Source: Octopus sinensis (taxonomy: Eukaryota). From it: a stretch of DNA of 64,000 nucleotides. Below, one piece after another: positions 12,130-23,545 of the stretch. A program made the translations under genes and the position numbers. Every line of letters starts with the position of its first letter. Positions within the stretch are counted from its first letter, which is position 1. The notes under the pieces were generated by a model. The model saw only the letters and a program-made list of their open reading frames with translations, was not told the origin of the DNA and did no database searches. The stretch lies in assembly GCF_006345805.1 (NCBI RefSeq), contig NC_042998.1:142910001-142974000 (forward strand), given 5' to 3'.

Positions 12130-12405
12130 ATAAAAGATATCAGCCATAGCTTTTTGATGGGGTCTAACAAACAAAAAGTAAGATAAAGAAAAGTGGAAGA
12201 AGGGCAGAGAGTTTCACGGGAAAGACCAAGTGAGAGAGGGAGAGAGAGAGTAAGTGACGATGTTCATAAAAAATATCAGTCATAGCTTTTTGACGGTGTC
12301 TAACAAAAATAAGATAAAGAAAAATGGAAGAAGGAAGCAGAGAGTTCTTGGGAAAGACAAAGTGAGAGAGGGAGAGAGAGAGTAAGTGACGAGGTTCATA
12401 AAAAA
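12130..12405. repeat. About 135-bp tandem duplication (2 diverged copies)
   Basis: ATATCAGCCATAGCTTTTTGA...GAGTAAGTGACGATGTTCATAAAAAA occurs twice. Confidence 0.85.
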
Positions 12406-12740
12406 TAAAATGTAAAATGTTTTGTTTTTTCTTAAACACGAGATATAGTGTTCAAATTCAGGATGTTTTTGAAAGACACTATATTTTATAATCATAGTAT
12501 ATATACTTTCTCACACAACAATTACAAAATATTTATTTTAAATTATCTATTTATTTTAAATCGTTCATCTTTCTCCCCCCTCTCTCTCTCTCACATATTA
12601 CTTACCAACCAAAATGGTTCCAGGTTCAGTCTCACTGCATGGCACCATGGGAAAATGTCTTCTACTATATATATATATTATATATATATAGATATATATC
12701 TATATAGATATATATATATAATGTATATATATATATATAT

Positions 12741-13050
12741 ATCACGTGATCACGTGACTGACCAGGCCATCAGATGTTGCTACACATCGCTGGTCACAAT
12801 GCGCTTCGCATTGTTTTAGCCTTCAATGACGCCACTCCGCTGGCTAAGCGAGCAGGCCAACAGAAGAAAGAGTGAGAGAAAGTTGTGGTGAAGGAGCACA
12901 GCAGGGTTCACCACCACCTCCTGCCGGAGCATCGTGGAGTTTTAGGTGTTTTCGCTCGAAAAAACACTCACAATACCTGATCTGGGAATCGAAACCGCGA
13001 TCCTACGACCGCAAGTCCGCTGCCCTAACCACTGGGCCATTGCGCCTCCA
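12741..13050 (-). mobile_element. tRNA-derived SINE, distinct family
   Basis: Minus strand GGAGGCGCAATGGCCCAGTGGTTAGGGC...GGTTTCGATTCCC tRNA-like head (A and B boxes), ending in a TCACGTGATCACGTGAT tail. Confidence 0.85.
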
Positions 13051-13366
13051 CACACACACACACACACACACACACCACACATATATATATATATATGAAC
13101 ATTTTAACATTAAACTGAAGTATTAGAAAATACTTTTTAGTAGTGGACATATTTTTTAACATTTAGAAGAGAAAAGCTGAGGGTGGCATCGGACTCTCGC
13201 CTTCATCAAACATTTTGATGAACGCGAAGAAGCCGAAACTTCCCCTGTAAAAGCTTTGACACACATAAATGCACGCATGCATACATACATACATACATAC
13301 ACATATATATATATACACATACACACAGATGCACACACATATACACACATATACACATATATATGC

Positions 13367-13410
<44 letters not shown>

Positions 13411-13461
13411 TTGCATTATATATAATTAGACTAGAAGCTGATAATTTTGAACGGTAGAAAT

Positions 13462-13462
<1 letters not shown>

Positions 13463-13506
<44 letters not shown>

Positions 13507-13575
13507 AGGAAAGAAAGAAAGAAAGAAAGAAAGAGAGAAAGAACGAAAGAAAGAAAGAGAGAAAGAAAGAAAGAG

Positions 13576-13650
<75 letters not shown>
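13463..13650. repeat. (GAAA)n microsatellite
   Basis: Direct run. Confidence 0.95.
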
Positions 13651-13653
<3 letters not shown>

Positions 13654-13960
13654 GAACAGGGGAAGCAGGAGAAAGTGAGGCGCAGTAAATCAACATACGC
13701 ACAAAACAGAAATTTTATAGGATGTTAAACAGTAACTTTTAATAAAAAGAGTTCTCTGGAAGGGGAGAGTACAAGAATTAAGTATCATTATCAACAAGAA
13801 GTATTTAACAAATGAGTGAAAAAAACCCAGTATAATGAATAGAAAGATAAGAAGGGAGGAGATATATGAATAGCTGAGTATTTGACATTGATTCAAGAAA
13901 GTAAGGGAAAGGAATAGGAGAATGCAAGGTTAAGAATAATGGGAGCACGCTTAATAACCT

Positions 13961-14391
13961 TATGTATGTATGTATGTATGTATGTATGTATGTATGTATG
14001 TATGTATGTATGTATGTATGAATGTATGAATGTATGAATGTATGTATAATGTATGTATGTATGTATGTATGTATGTATGTATGTATGTATGTATGTATGA
14101 ATGTATGAATGTATGTATGTATGTATGAATGTATGTATGTATGTATGTATGTATGTATGTATGTATGTATGCATGTATGTATGCATGCATGCATGCATGC
14201 ATGTATGTATGTATGTATGTATGTATGTATGTATGTATGTATGTATGTATGTATGTATGAATGTATGTATGTATGTATGAATGTATGTATGTATTCATGC
14301 ATGCATGTATGTATGTATGTACGTATGTATGTATGTATGTATGTATGTATGTATGTATGTATGTATGTATGTATGTATGTGTATGTATGTA
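13961..14391. repeat. (TATG)n microsatellite with TGAA/TGCA variants
   Basis: Direct run of about 430 bp. Confidence 0.95.
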
Positions 14392-14493
14392 TTTATGTGT
14401 TACTCGTATAGACGATTAGCATAGACAACTACCAAAATGTATTCTAATAGAAATAAACGAAACGAAGATTAGAAAACGAGGTACCTTTTCACA

Positions 14494-14603
14494 AGTCACT
14501 TGATGAGACACATCCGCACCTTCGGTGCACCACAACTGTTTGTTTAGCATCCCACTCGCGAGTCACCGACCAAATGCATGACGGGTCGAAACGGTCGTAG
14601 TGA
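14494..14603 (+). ncRNA. Degenerate hammerhead motif with long helix II insert
   Basis: TTGATGA (14500-14506)-GAC...GTC-GAAAC-G-GTC (to 14596)-GTAGTGA, followed by AATAATAAA; internal hairpin GCACC-TTC-GGTGC. Confidence 0.45.
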
Positions 14604-14906
14604 ATAATAAAGAATCTCATGAATTCCGCTTTCTTTCTCTCATATATTTTATAAACTCTACAGACACGAAGAAATTCCTAAAGTAAATGCAATGGAATAT
14701 ACATCCATACTGCTGAAACCATCAAGTAGCCGAATACTGTGAATGGGCTTTAAACGGTATACTACAAGGTATATACCCGAATATAAAATTATTACTTATG
14801 TCTGTACGTCTCTTCTGTTTTTAATCATTTAAATTTTTCTTCTGGAGGAGTTGGTCTCTAACAGATGCAAAACTCTATCTTGGGAATGTAGATAACGAAA
14901 ACAATG

Positions 14907-15295
14907 TCACATTTTATATCTGAGAAAAGTCTTGCATAGTTTTATTGTTCCGCTTACATATTGTATTTGTAATGTGCGAATCAGTTCGTTTATTTCGTTT
15001 TCTGAAAATCCAAGCTTATCCAGACTGAGAGTTAGGGATCTACTTACAAAAGTGCTCCAATAGGTATAAATGTACATTTATCATCCAGATATAGAAGCTG
15101 GAAGCTTCGAAACTGTTATCCATAGTTATCTTCTTTCTCTTTAATTTTCAAGGATAATTTCACATCAACATGACAAATGACCTCTATGATGGTACATATT
15201 TTACTTGTCTATCCCAAACCCCAGTATCCGGCCTGTTATGCTTATACTTGACAGATGTTTTGATGGGAATGTTTCACCAGTATTCCTTGTGCTGA
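14907..15295 (-). mobile_element. Non-LTR retrotransposon, restriction-like endonuclease C-terminal remnant
   Basis: Minus strand with frameshifts: KEYW*NIPIKTSVKYKHNRPD..WD / IIEVICHVD...KEKEDNY / FIPIGAL / LGFSENEINELIRTLQIQYVSGTIKLCKTFL. Confidence 0.65.
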
Positions 15296-15612
15296 TATAT
15301 GTATGTATGCTTTATATATATATATATAATGTATGTATGTGTGTGTGTGATTTTGTGTGTAAACGAAGAGAAATAATTCGAAATGGCTAGTGGCATGTAT
15401 TTGAATAACGTAAAGAAATACTTGTATGTTAAATACCATACAACAAAAATTCTTGATTACCGTTTCTTGGGGATGTATCATAATTATCAAATGACGTTTA
15501 TGACCAACTCCACTTAAGAAGCGGAGAGAATTTCAAGATTCAAAGGTTCTGCAAAAGTGACATGCCATTAGAGAAAGAGTCGGTCTTATTGTTTGGAGAT
15601 AAAAGAACAGTC

Positions 15613-15654
15613 GTGGACATGCATTTCTGACCCAACAGCCTTCATCAGTGCCAC
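15613..15654 (-). ncRNA. Degenerate hammerhead motif
   Basis: Minus strand GTGGCA-CTGATGA-A-GGC-TGTTGG-GTC-A-GAAA-TGCAT-GTC-CAC. Confidence 0.4.
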
Positions 15655-15789
15655 AATTGATCAACATTATCTTCAGTTGCCAGTAGACTTAGGTTTATAC
15701 AGAACAGAGTAGAAAAATAGTTATGCCCCAGTTAATTTCAACAAAAACGAGCTACGAGAAATAACTCGAAGTGGCTGGTGGCAGAATTT

Positions 15790-16175
15790 GAATATTGCTT
15801 TCAGATTTTGGCACAAGACCAGTAACTTCGAGGGAGGAGGTAATTAAATCGATTACATCGACTCCAGTGTTCAACTGACACCTACTTTATCGGCCCCGAA
15901 AGGATCAAAGGAAAAGTTGTCCTCGGCGAAATTTGAACTCAGAACGTGAAGACGGACAAAATGACACAAAGCATTTTGCACGGCGTGCTAACGATTCTGC
16001 TAGCTCGCCGCCTACATGTAATTGAATATTGTTTGCAAATTTTGCCACAAGGCCCGCAAGTTCGTGGGATGGCGTAGTTCGATTACATCGATTCCACTTA
16101 TCAGAATTTAAAGACGGACGAAATACCGCAAAACATTTTGTCCGGTGTGCCAACGATTCTGCCAGCTGGCCACCT
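15790..16175 (-). mobile_element. Two adjacent SINE family C copies
   Basis: Heads end at about 16012 and 16174 (reverse complement of GGCGAGCTAGCAGAATCGTTAGC); the second copy is internally deleted. Confidence 0.8.
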
Positions 16176-16263
16176 TCATGTATTTGAATATTATAGAAAA
16201 TACCGGTATGTCAAATATCATATATCAAAAATTCTTGCTTTACTAAATTTGTCTCCACCTGAA

Positions 16264-16344
16264 GACGATGTGTCATAATTACCAAATGGCAATTAACATT
16301 GAGAAACTGTTTGTATTACCATTTGGTAATTATGGTACGTTGTC
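16264..16344 (+). ncRNA. Candidate structured RNA hairpin (pre-miRNA-like)
   Basis: 16264-16289 pairs with 16319-16344 over 26 consecutive positions, 22 Watson-Crick plus 4 G-U on the + strand; 29-nt loop. Confidence 0.35.
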
Positions 16345-16464
16345 CTGGGGCAAATATAATTTTTAATAAGTAAAGAATTATGTTGGGAGGTATTTGATAT
16401 ACACGTATACACAAACACACAAATACATGGCACAGAGCACTCGGTATATATATACATGATATTC

Positions 16465-16715
16465 CTTTACTTGTTTTCAGTTATTTGACTGCGGCCATGC
16501 TGGTGCACCACCTTAAGGGGTTTTAGTCGAACAAATCGACTCCAGGACTCATTCTTTGTAAGCTTTGTACTTATTCTACCTTCTCTTTTGCTGAACCGCT
16601 AAGTTACGGGGACGTAAACACAGCAACATCTGTTGTTAAGCGATGGGGGGGGGGCCAAACACAGACACAAACACACACACACACACCACACACACACATA
16701 CACACACACACACAC

Positions 16716-16748
<33 letters not shown>

Positions 16749-16900
16749 GACGAGCTTCTTTCAGTTTCCGTCTACTAAATCCACGCACAAGGCTTAGGTG
16801 AACCCGAGGCTATAGTAGAAGACACTTGCCTAAGGTGGGACTCAGTGGGATTGAACCCGGAACCATGTTGTTGGGAAGCAAGCTTCTTACAAAACAGCCT
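16465..16900 (-). mobile_element. Full bipartite SINE
   Basis: Both modules present, separated by (CA)/(TA) repeats. Confidence 0.85.
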
Positions 16901-17046
16901 TTTTTTTATATATATATGCATATATACATACATGTGTATATACCTACATATATATATATGTATATAAAAAAAAACACCAGTCGTTTTTTTCTCCATCTCC
17001 TGTTGCCCACTTTGGGATCTTTCTTTCCTCTCTCTTCCTTCTTTAT

Positions 17047-17081
17047 GTTTCCGACGAAGAGCTCCGCTCGAAACGTCATAC
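17047..17081 (+). ncRNA. Minimal hammerhead-like motif (CCGACGAA core)
   Basis: GTTT-CCGACGAA-GAGC-TCC-GCTC-GAAAC-GTC-ATAC; palindromic ACGT helix III. Confidence 0.5.
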
Positions 17082-17276
17082 CTTCCTGCTTCCATATTTC
17101 TTGAGCGCCTATTAATAATAATACTGTAATTGTTCCACTGTTGTTGTTTTTTTGTTTCTACCTTTCTACCTTTATAAGTAGGCTGTAATTTCCTTGGCAC
17201 TCGTGTGAATTTTTGCTACCCTGGTAACTATTTTTTTTTTCCGAGCTTTTTGTACACATTGAAAAAATACACATAC

Positions 17277-17319
<43 letters not shown>

Positions 17320-17829
17320 GAGAGAGAGGGGGAGGGAGAGGGAGAGAGTGGGAGAGAGAGGGAGAAAAAGACAGACAGGCAGAAAGACAAAGACAGAGAG
17401 AAGAATCCCTCTCTAATGCGTTCCTGAGAATCTGGCCGTAACGCGAAATTCTCTCAGGCGAAATTATTTTTCCTATTGATTTTCATGTTATCAAGGGAGA
17501 TTGCATTCTTACTGACTTTTTCGGAAAAGAAAGCACAAGAAAACAAGGCAACAAACAACAAGATCGCCTTTGCACATGGAAATATCAAATTGTAAACTTA
17601 CACAGTACAATATAGATACATAAAAACACAAGATCATTTCATGAGGAATCAGTTAGGGAATAAATAAGAATCGAAATATCATAAGAATATGTTCTTGCCA
17701 CAAAAGATTTTGACTACTGGGCCAGGGGTCGTGTTGGAATGAGCGTTACTAGAAGGATGAGGGACAATATTTACTATTGTACAATATTTATCATTTTATA
17801 CTTCATTTGCACAAACATTAGCTTGAGGG

Positions 17830-18905
17830 GTGAAGAACTTCTCCAAAGTCGTTTGTTGTTTATGACGCATCAACCTCTTTGTACAGCTTAATATAGAAAC
17901 TGAGTACATTGTAAACTCCTCTTGTAATATTTATGTTATTTTCACGATTAGGATCATTATCGGCAAAAACCTGCAGACCTTCCTCTATAAGTGCCAACTC
18001 TTTAGCAATAATTTTGTAGTCAATTTAAATGGTGTAGGTGGAACTTCTGTTGTCTTGTCCATATTCTCAGTTTGTTATTTTTCTTACAGTATCAGATAAA
18101 CTTTCTGTTTGGGACAGTAGCAACTCAATCACATCATCCTCCATGAATTCTTCAAATCCTACTTCCTTTACAACTGTCACAATATCTTTTCCTATTTGAT
18201 GAAGTCTTTCTGCTTGAGGAAAACTTATAATATCACGGACACAGCCTGCCCATATTTTTTCCCAAGTACTATTCAAAATTGAAGGTTTTACTTCATCCCA
18301 TGCCTCAGCTATATTATCCACAGCATCCATTGTGTTGAATTTCTTCCAGAAATCTGTAACTGTAGGTTTATCCTCCCTGTCAATTGCTTTTATAAGTTGT
18401 TTGAAAGTTCTCATATAATATGCCTTAAGTTAACTATCATACCTTGATCCATTGGCTGGAGCAAAGAAGCTGTATTCTTGGGGATATATTCTACTCTCAC
18501 GTTATCAGAAAGGTAATCTAAATTTGCTGGAAGGTCCGGTGCATTGTCTAAAAGAAGCAATGCTTTGTTGGAAATATTATGTCTGGTACTGTACTTTTCT
18601 ACGTTAGGGGGGAAATGTCTTATTATTTGAACGCTAAATCTGAAGTAGATTAAACTTTGTGTAACCCTTGAAAGCCCTTGTATATTTGGAGCGGCATTTC
18701 CTCTCAAAAGAAGTGTCAGACGATTTTTGGGAGCTTTAAATCCTGGTGTAGATTTTTCTTGTCGAAAAATAAAAGTTCTAGCAGGCATGCGCTTTCAGAA
18801 AAGTACCATTTCAATAACATTGTATACTTGCTCTCGTATGTAGCCCTTTTCAGTAATCATTTTTTTCGACTGCTCAGGATACTTAGTAGCAGTCTGTTGT
18901 GTTAG
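17830..18905 (-). mobile_element. Tigger/pogo-type (CENP-B-like DDE) transposase pseudogene
   Basis: GYIREQVYN...KRMPARTFI...GFKAPKNRLTLLL..NA; KALLLLDNAP...PKNTASLLQPMDQG; AVDNIAEAWDEVKPSILNSTWEK; frameshifts and an internal deletion. Confidence 0.9.
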
Positions 18906-19381
18906 CCAAGTTTTGCTCTCTCCTGATAAAACCCTGGTATCGAGCGCCAAGCCGGCTCACTCTGCTAATGAAACCTTGGTGTGGATAGCCGATTTCTTAT
19001 ATTTGCCACAGATGCATGGATGAAGGGATATTACTGAGGCAGTTTACAATGTGTGTCGGGGTTTACATAAAAGATGAGGGGAAGAAAGGGAATGAGTTTG
19101 AGAAGAGGTAAAGTATACAAAATATACAAGGTATGTGAACACATGAACGATGCAATCCTTCTGATAGACCAATCAAGGACCCCCACATATACAGGGTTAC
19201 CCTGGCCACCAAAGGTACGAGCTCTTGCCCAACTGTTGTTCACCAATCTACAAGCGCATGTTTAGAGGAAGTCCTTTATCCTAACCATTTTGCCACAGTT
19301 TCCCACCTTTTGGCAAATTCACTGGAAGAGAGTATTTCCCTCTCCACCTTCAATAATAATTTTTTCTACTATATGGTATTC

Positions 19382-19580
19382 ATGCAAGACCGAAAATTTT
19401 CACGAAGGGGGCTAGTCGATTACATCGATCCCTGTGCTCGACTGGTACTTATTTTATCGACCCCGAAATAATTAAGGACAACTAGAACCTCGGCGGAATT
19501 TTAACACGAAATGTAAATCTGGAGGAAATGCTGCCAAGCTTTTTGTCCGGTGCGCTAACGATTCTGCCCACTCGCCGCCC
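19382..19580 (-). mobile_element. SINE family C
   Basis: Reverse-complement match to the family. Confidence 0.8.
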
Positions 19581-19819
19581 TTTCAAACCCTCAATAATAA
19601 TGATTACAAAAGTAGCATCTTGTTTGTTTATTAGTTCTGTTTTTGTTTTCTTGTTGGATATATGATGATAATGGCGTCAATGGTTTGAAGGAACAGACAC
19701 GAGGAGTAAAATGTATAAATTATATTGGTAAAAGTGCATGATGTTTAAAACTGCGATGTTCTTTTGATATCTGTGGCTCTCCACTGATCCTCCTGAACAA
19801 TCTACATCCAGCTCTCCAG

Positions 19820-20752
19820 CTTACAAAAGAGATGAGTAGTACCAGATTACCATTTTTAGACATAATGGTCATTAAAAGTGATACCAGCATCACCAATGAT
19901 ATACATTACAAACACAGACACGCATCAATACCTGAACTTTAAATCGTGCCATCCAGCACATGCAAAACGCAATATCCCATACTGCCTAGCCAGGAAGTTT
20001 TGTACCATTGTGGAAGATGTGAATACCAGAGACAAACGCCTAATAGAATTCAAAGAATTTCTATTCAAACAAGAATATCCATCTCTACTTATACAAAATG
20101 GTATACAGTGTGCTATAGAAATACTCATACAACAACTTATGGAAACCCAATAGAGAGGAAAACAAGAACAGGTCATATAGTGACACAGTCCATGCCACCA
20201 AAATAGCTTTAGCAAACTTGGCGATCATTGCTCAAAATAATGAATTAAAGGATATAACCTCAGATCGAGCTATGGTTCTAAGTAAGAAGACAACAGAAAA
20301 ACTTGAAACAATTATTAACAAAGGCAAAGCTTGACCTAAGCAACAACGACGAATTATTCATTGTATCTAAATGCAATGATAATCGATATAGTAAATGTCA
20401 GTTCATACATACCGGTCAATATATGAACACAAAAACTGGGAGAATATTTGCAAATGTAAATATGAACTGCAAAAGCAGAAGTTTTATTTACTGCATCAAA
20501 TTCCAGAATTGTGAAGCGATCTACGTTGGTCAGACTGGCAATGCATTATCGGAACGTTCACGTGTGCACCGACAACAAATCAGGGATCCTGATGTGCGTC
20601 AAATCCCATTAAGCTACCATCTGACAACATGTAGTCTGAAAATGTTTATAATATTCCCATTCTACAAACTATACAACTTAAGTGAAGTCGAGAGAAAACT
20701 CAGAGAAAAGAATTTTATTGATAAATTCAAACCCGTCTTAAATGGACAATAA
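19820..20752 (+). mobile_element. Penelope-like element: RT thumb plus GIY-YIG endonuclease (5'-truncated, disrupted)
   Basis: LPFLDI; TDTHQYLNFKSCHPAHAKRNIPYCLAR; then FIYCIK..NCEAIYVGQTGNALSERSRVHRQQI...EKNFIDKFKPVLN. Confidence 0.9.
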
Positions 20753-20797
20753 TAATAATAGTTATAGTAACAGTGATAGTTGTAATGTAGATAATAA

Positions 20798-21011
20798 TCT
20801 TTCCTACTGAAGGCACAAAGCCTTGAAATTTTGTGGAGAGGGGACTAGTCGAATACATCGACTCTAGTGCTTCGCTGGTACTTAATTTATCGACCCCGAA
20901 AAGATGAAAGGCAAAGTCGACCACAGAGAATTTGAACTCAGAATGTAGCGACGGCCGAAATACCTCTAAGCATTTTGTCCAGTGTGCTAATGATTCTGCC
21001 AGCTTGCCGCC
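20798..21011 (-). mobile_element. SINE family C
   Basis: Reverse-complement match to the family. Confidence 0.85.
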
Positions 21012-21015
21012 TTTA

Positions 21016-21050
<35 letters not shown>

Positions 21051-21069
21051 AATGATGATGATGATGATG

Positions 21070-21124
<55 letters not shown>

Positions 21125-21689
21125 GATGGGCTACAGCATATAAAAGATGGGCTACAGAATATAAAAGATGGGCTACAGTAATATAAAAGATGGGCTACAG
21201 CATATAAAAGATGGGCTACAGCATATAAAAGATGGGCTACAGCAAATATTCTGCTCAATACCACAGATTTGCTTGTCAGTTGTTTGACCTTAACCAGTTG
21301 AGCATGTCCCTTAGTGGCTGACGATATGTGCATCTCTGATCACGAGCAGAAGTAGTGGGGGAGCATCATAGCCATGTGTTGAGAGGGATTCTTTGGGGTT
21401 TGAATAGTTCACCTCTGGAAACATGGGTGGTTCTTTCAACATCCTTAAACAACCTTATTCAGGGACCGTTTGAGCGGGATGGGCTACTCAACTGAAGAAA
21501 ATTCTAACTGGGCCCCACCTGCAAGGTCATGTGCTGTTTATCTTGATATGAGATCACCATGTCGCGCACATAAGGTTGTGATGCATGTGCCTGGTGTACC
21601 TTTATCAGACGGGTAGTCATGATGGGTATATTGGGCTTCGTATATTTTACCCCAGTGTCACTTGATGGCATGAACTGCTCTCTCACTCA
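21125..21689 (+). mobile_element. Non-coding retroposon inserted in a (TAA)n tract, 5'-truncated, with 21-bp stutter at its 5' end
   Basis: Highly similar to 29780-30335; shares the 3' end CTCACTCA+(TAA)n with 29551-29663; (TAA)n on both sides. Confidence 0.8.
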
Positions 21690-21690
21690 C

Positions 21691-21743
<53 letters not shown>

Positions 21744-22536
21744 TAATAATAATAATAATACCTGCTATTAGTGCTACTACCACCACCACCATCACTACCA
21801 CTACCACCACCACTAACAACAATAATAAAAGCGATGGTGATGATGGTGGTAATGTTAGCCATTTCAACAATGGCGTGATTGAAATGTAAAATTTCTAGAA
21901 AATTGTAGGAATAGTAACAATAGAATTCAATGAAAACAGGAATGTTGTTTACAACATTCCTACATATAGCAAAACAATTATTTCTTTAGGTTCGGTCAAA
22001 ATAAAGAATCCTTGACGTGCCCACCAAACCGTAACGTCTAAGCCGCACACCAATTGGCTAAAATATTTCGTTGTAAAAAAACGGGATAAATGCTAAACAA
22101 GTTGGCACACTCACCAAACAGTGACATCTAAGTCACATACTGATTGATCAAAATATAGTTCGAATTTAGTTGGCTCTGACCAAACCATGATATTTAAGCC
22201 ACATACTGATTGGTTCGCAAGATTCAGCCTGCTGTAGCCTATCGGAAAGGTACTTAAAGGACAAATTTAATCATTTCACTAGAGTTGTCAGTTGTGGAAC
22301 ACGACCGTTACTACTACTACTACTACCACCACATAAACCTGATGATTGTGTAACGTATGGAAGTATTAACTTTATCACAATAAATATATAATATCCTATT
22401 ATTATTATATTGTAAATAATGAAACGTGAAAATCAGACTACGATGGAATTTCATTGATTAATATATAAATACATACATACATACATACATACATACACAC
22501 ACACACACCACACACACACACACACATATTATATAT

Positions 22537-22588
<52 letters not shown>

Positions 22589-22610
22589 ATATATAATATA
22601 TATATATATG

Positions 22611-22661
<51 letters not shown>

Positions 22662-22897
22662 ATGTAAATACAAATAATATATAAATATATGCATACATAT
22701 ATGTACATACCTACATATATATGTATATATACATGCATATATGGGTACAGGACATCAAAAAAAAAGCCTTAAACACAATGAGAAACGAAAACATAGAAAC
22801 GAACATTTTTTCGAACGAAAAAAGCTAACAGAGAAACGAGACATGCAACATATATTTGTGTATCTGTGCGCGTATATATATAATATATACACACACA

Positions 22898-22945
<48 letters not shown>

Positions 22946-23380
22946 TCTTACATGCACGGGCGCGCACATACAGATATATTTATATGCATGCGCGCACACA
23001 CAGAGTATTATAACTTATACACCAAATCCAGTAGGACATCTGCTCACAAAAGTTTGTTCATTCATTTTTAATCAACTTCACCGGCATGTGGTTCATATTT
23101 CCTCATTAACACCTAGATTCATCACCTGAAAATACAGGGGGCCATTGAAGTAAGCAATATAAAAAGAAAAGAAAGAGGGGAAAACAGTATGTAGTGTTAG
23201 TAGTTGTAACTCTTCGGCCATTTTGGAAGGGAGATGTAGTTTCTGGTGTTTGTGTGTGTGACAGAATATCTGTTCCAGAGATATTAGGAATGCTTAAACG
23301 TGGATCACATTTGAGCTGAGTAAAGTATTAGCAATGAATAATTGCTGAAGTATATTCTATCCTAAAGAAAGGCTTTATAG

Positions 23381-23458
<78 letters not shown>

Positions 23459-23503
23459 CACACACATATACACACAAGAGTTACGGAATGGAGTAGATAA
23501 GAT

Positions 23504-23545
23504 CCGCCTACATATGTTTCATAGCGAGCGGAACCTCAGAAGTGG
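23504..23545 (-). ncRNA. Degenerate hammerhead motif at the 3' end of a PLE
   Basis: Minus strand CCACTT-CTGAGGT...GAAAC-ATAT-GTA-GGCGG; palindromic ACATATGT helix III as at 1186; helix II decayed. Confidence 0.45.

Noticed and set aside
12960-13050. tRNA gene
   Set aside because: The tRNA-like fold is the head of a SINE; the acceptor stem is incomplete and continues into the SINE body. The other tRNA-like heads are likewise SINEs.
13163-14411. Long ORFs (SFFL, KERK, YIHT, MYVC repeats)
   Set aside because: Products of (GAAA)n and (TATG)n tracts that lack stop codons.
22023-22215. CRISPR-like repeat-spacer look
   Set aside because: Eukaryotic context, degenerate repeats, unequal spacers, no cas genes.
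22338-22390. CTGATGA with a TTGTG/CACAA stem as another hammerhead
   Set aside because: GAAA core and cleavage triplet are missing.
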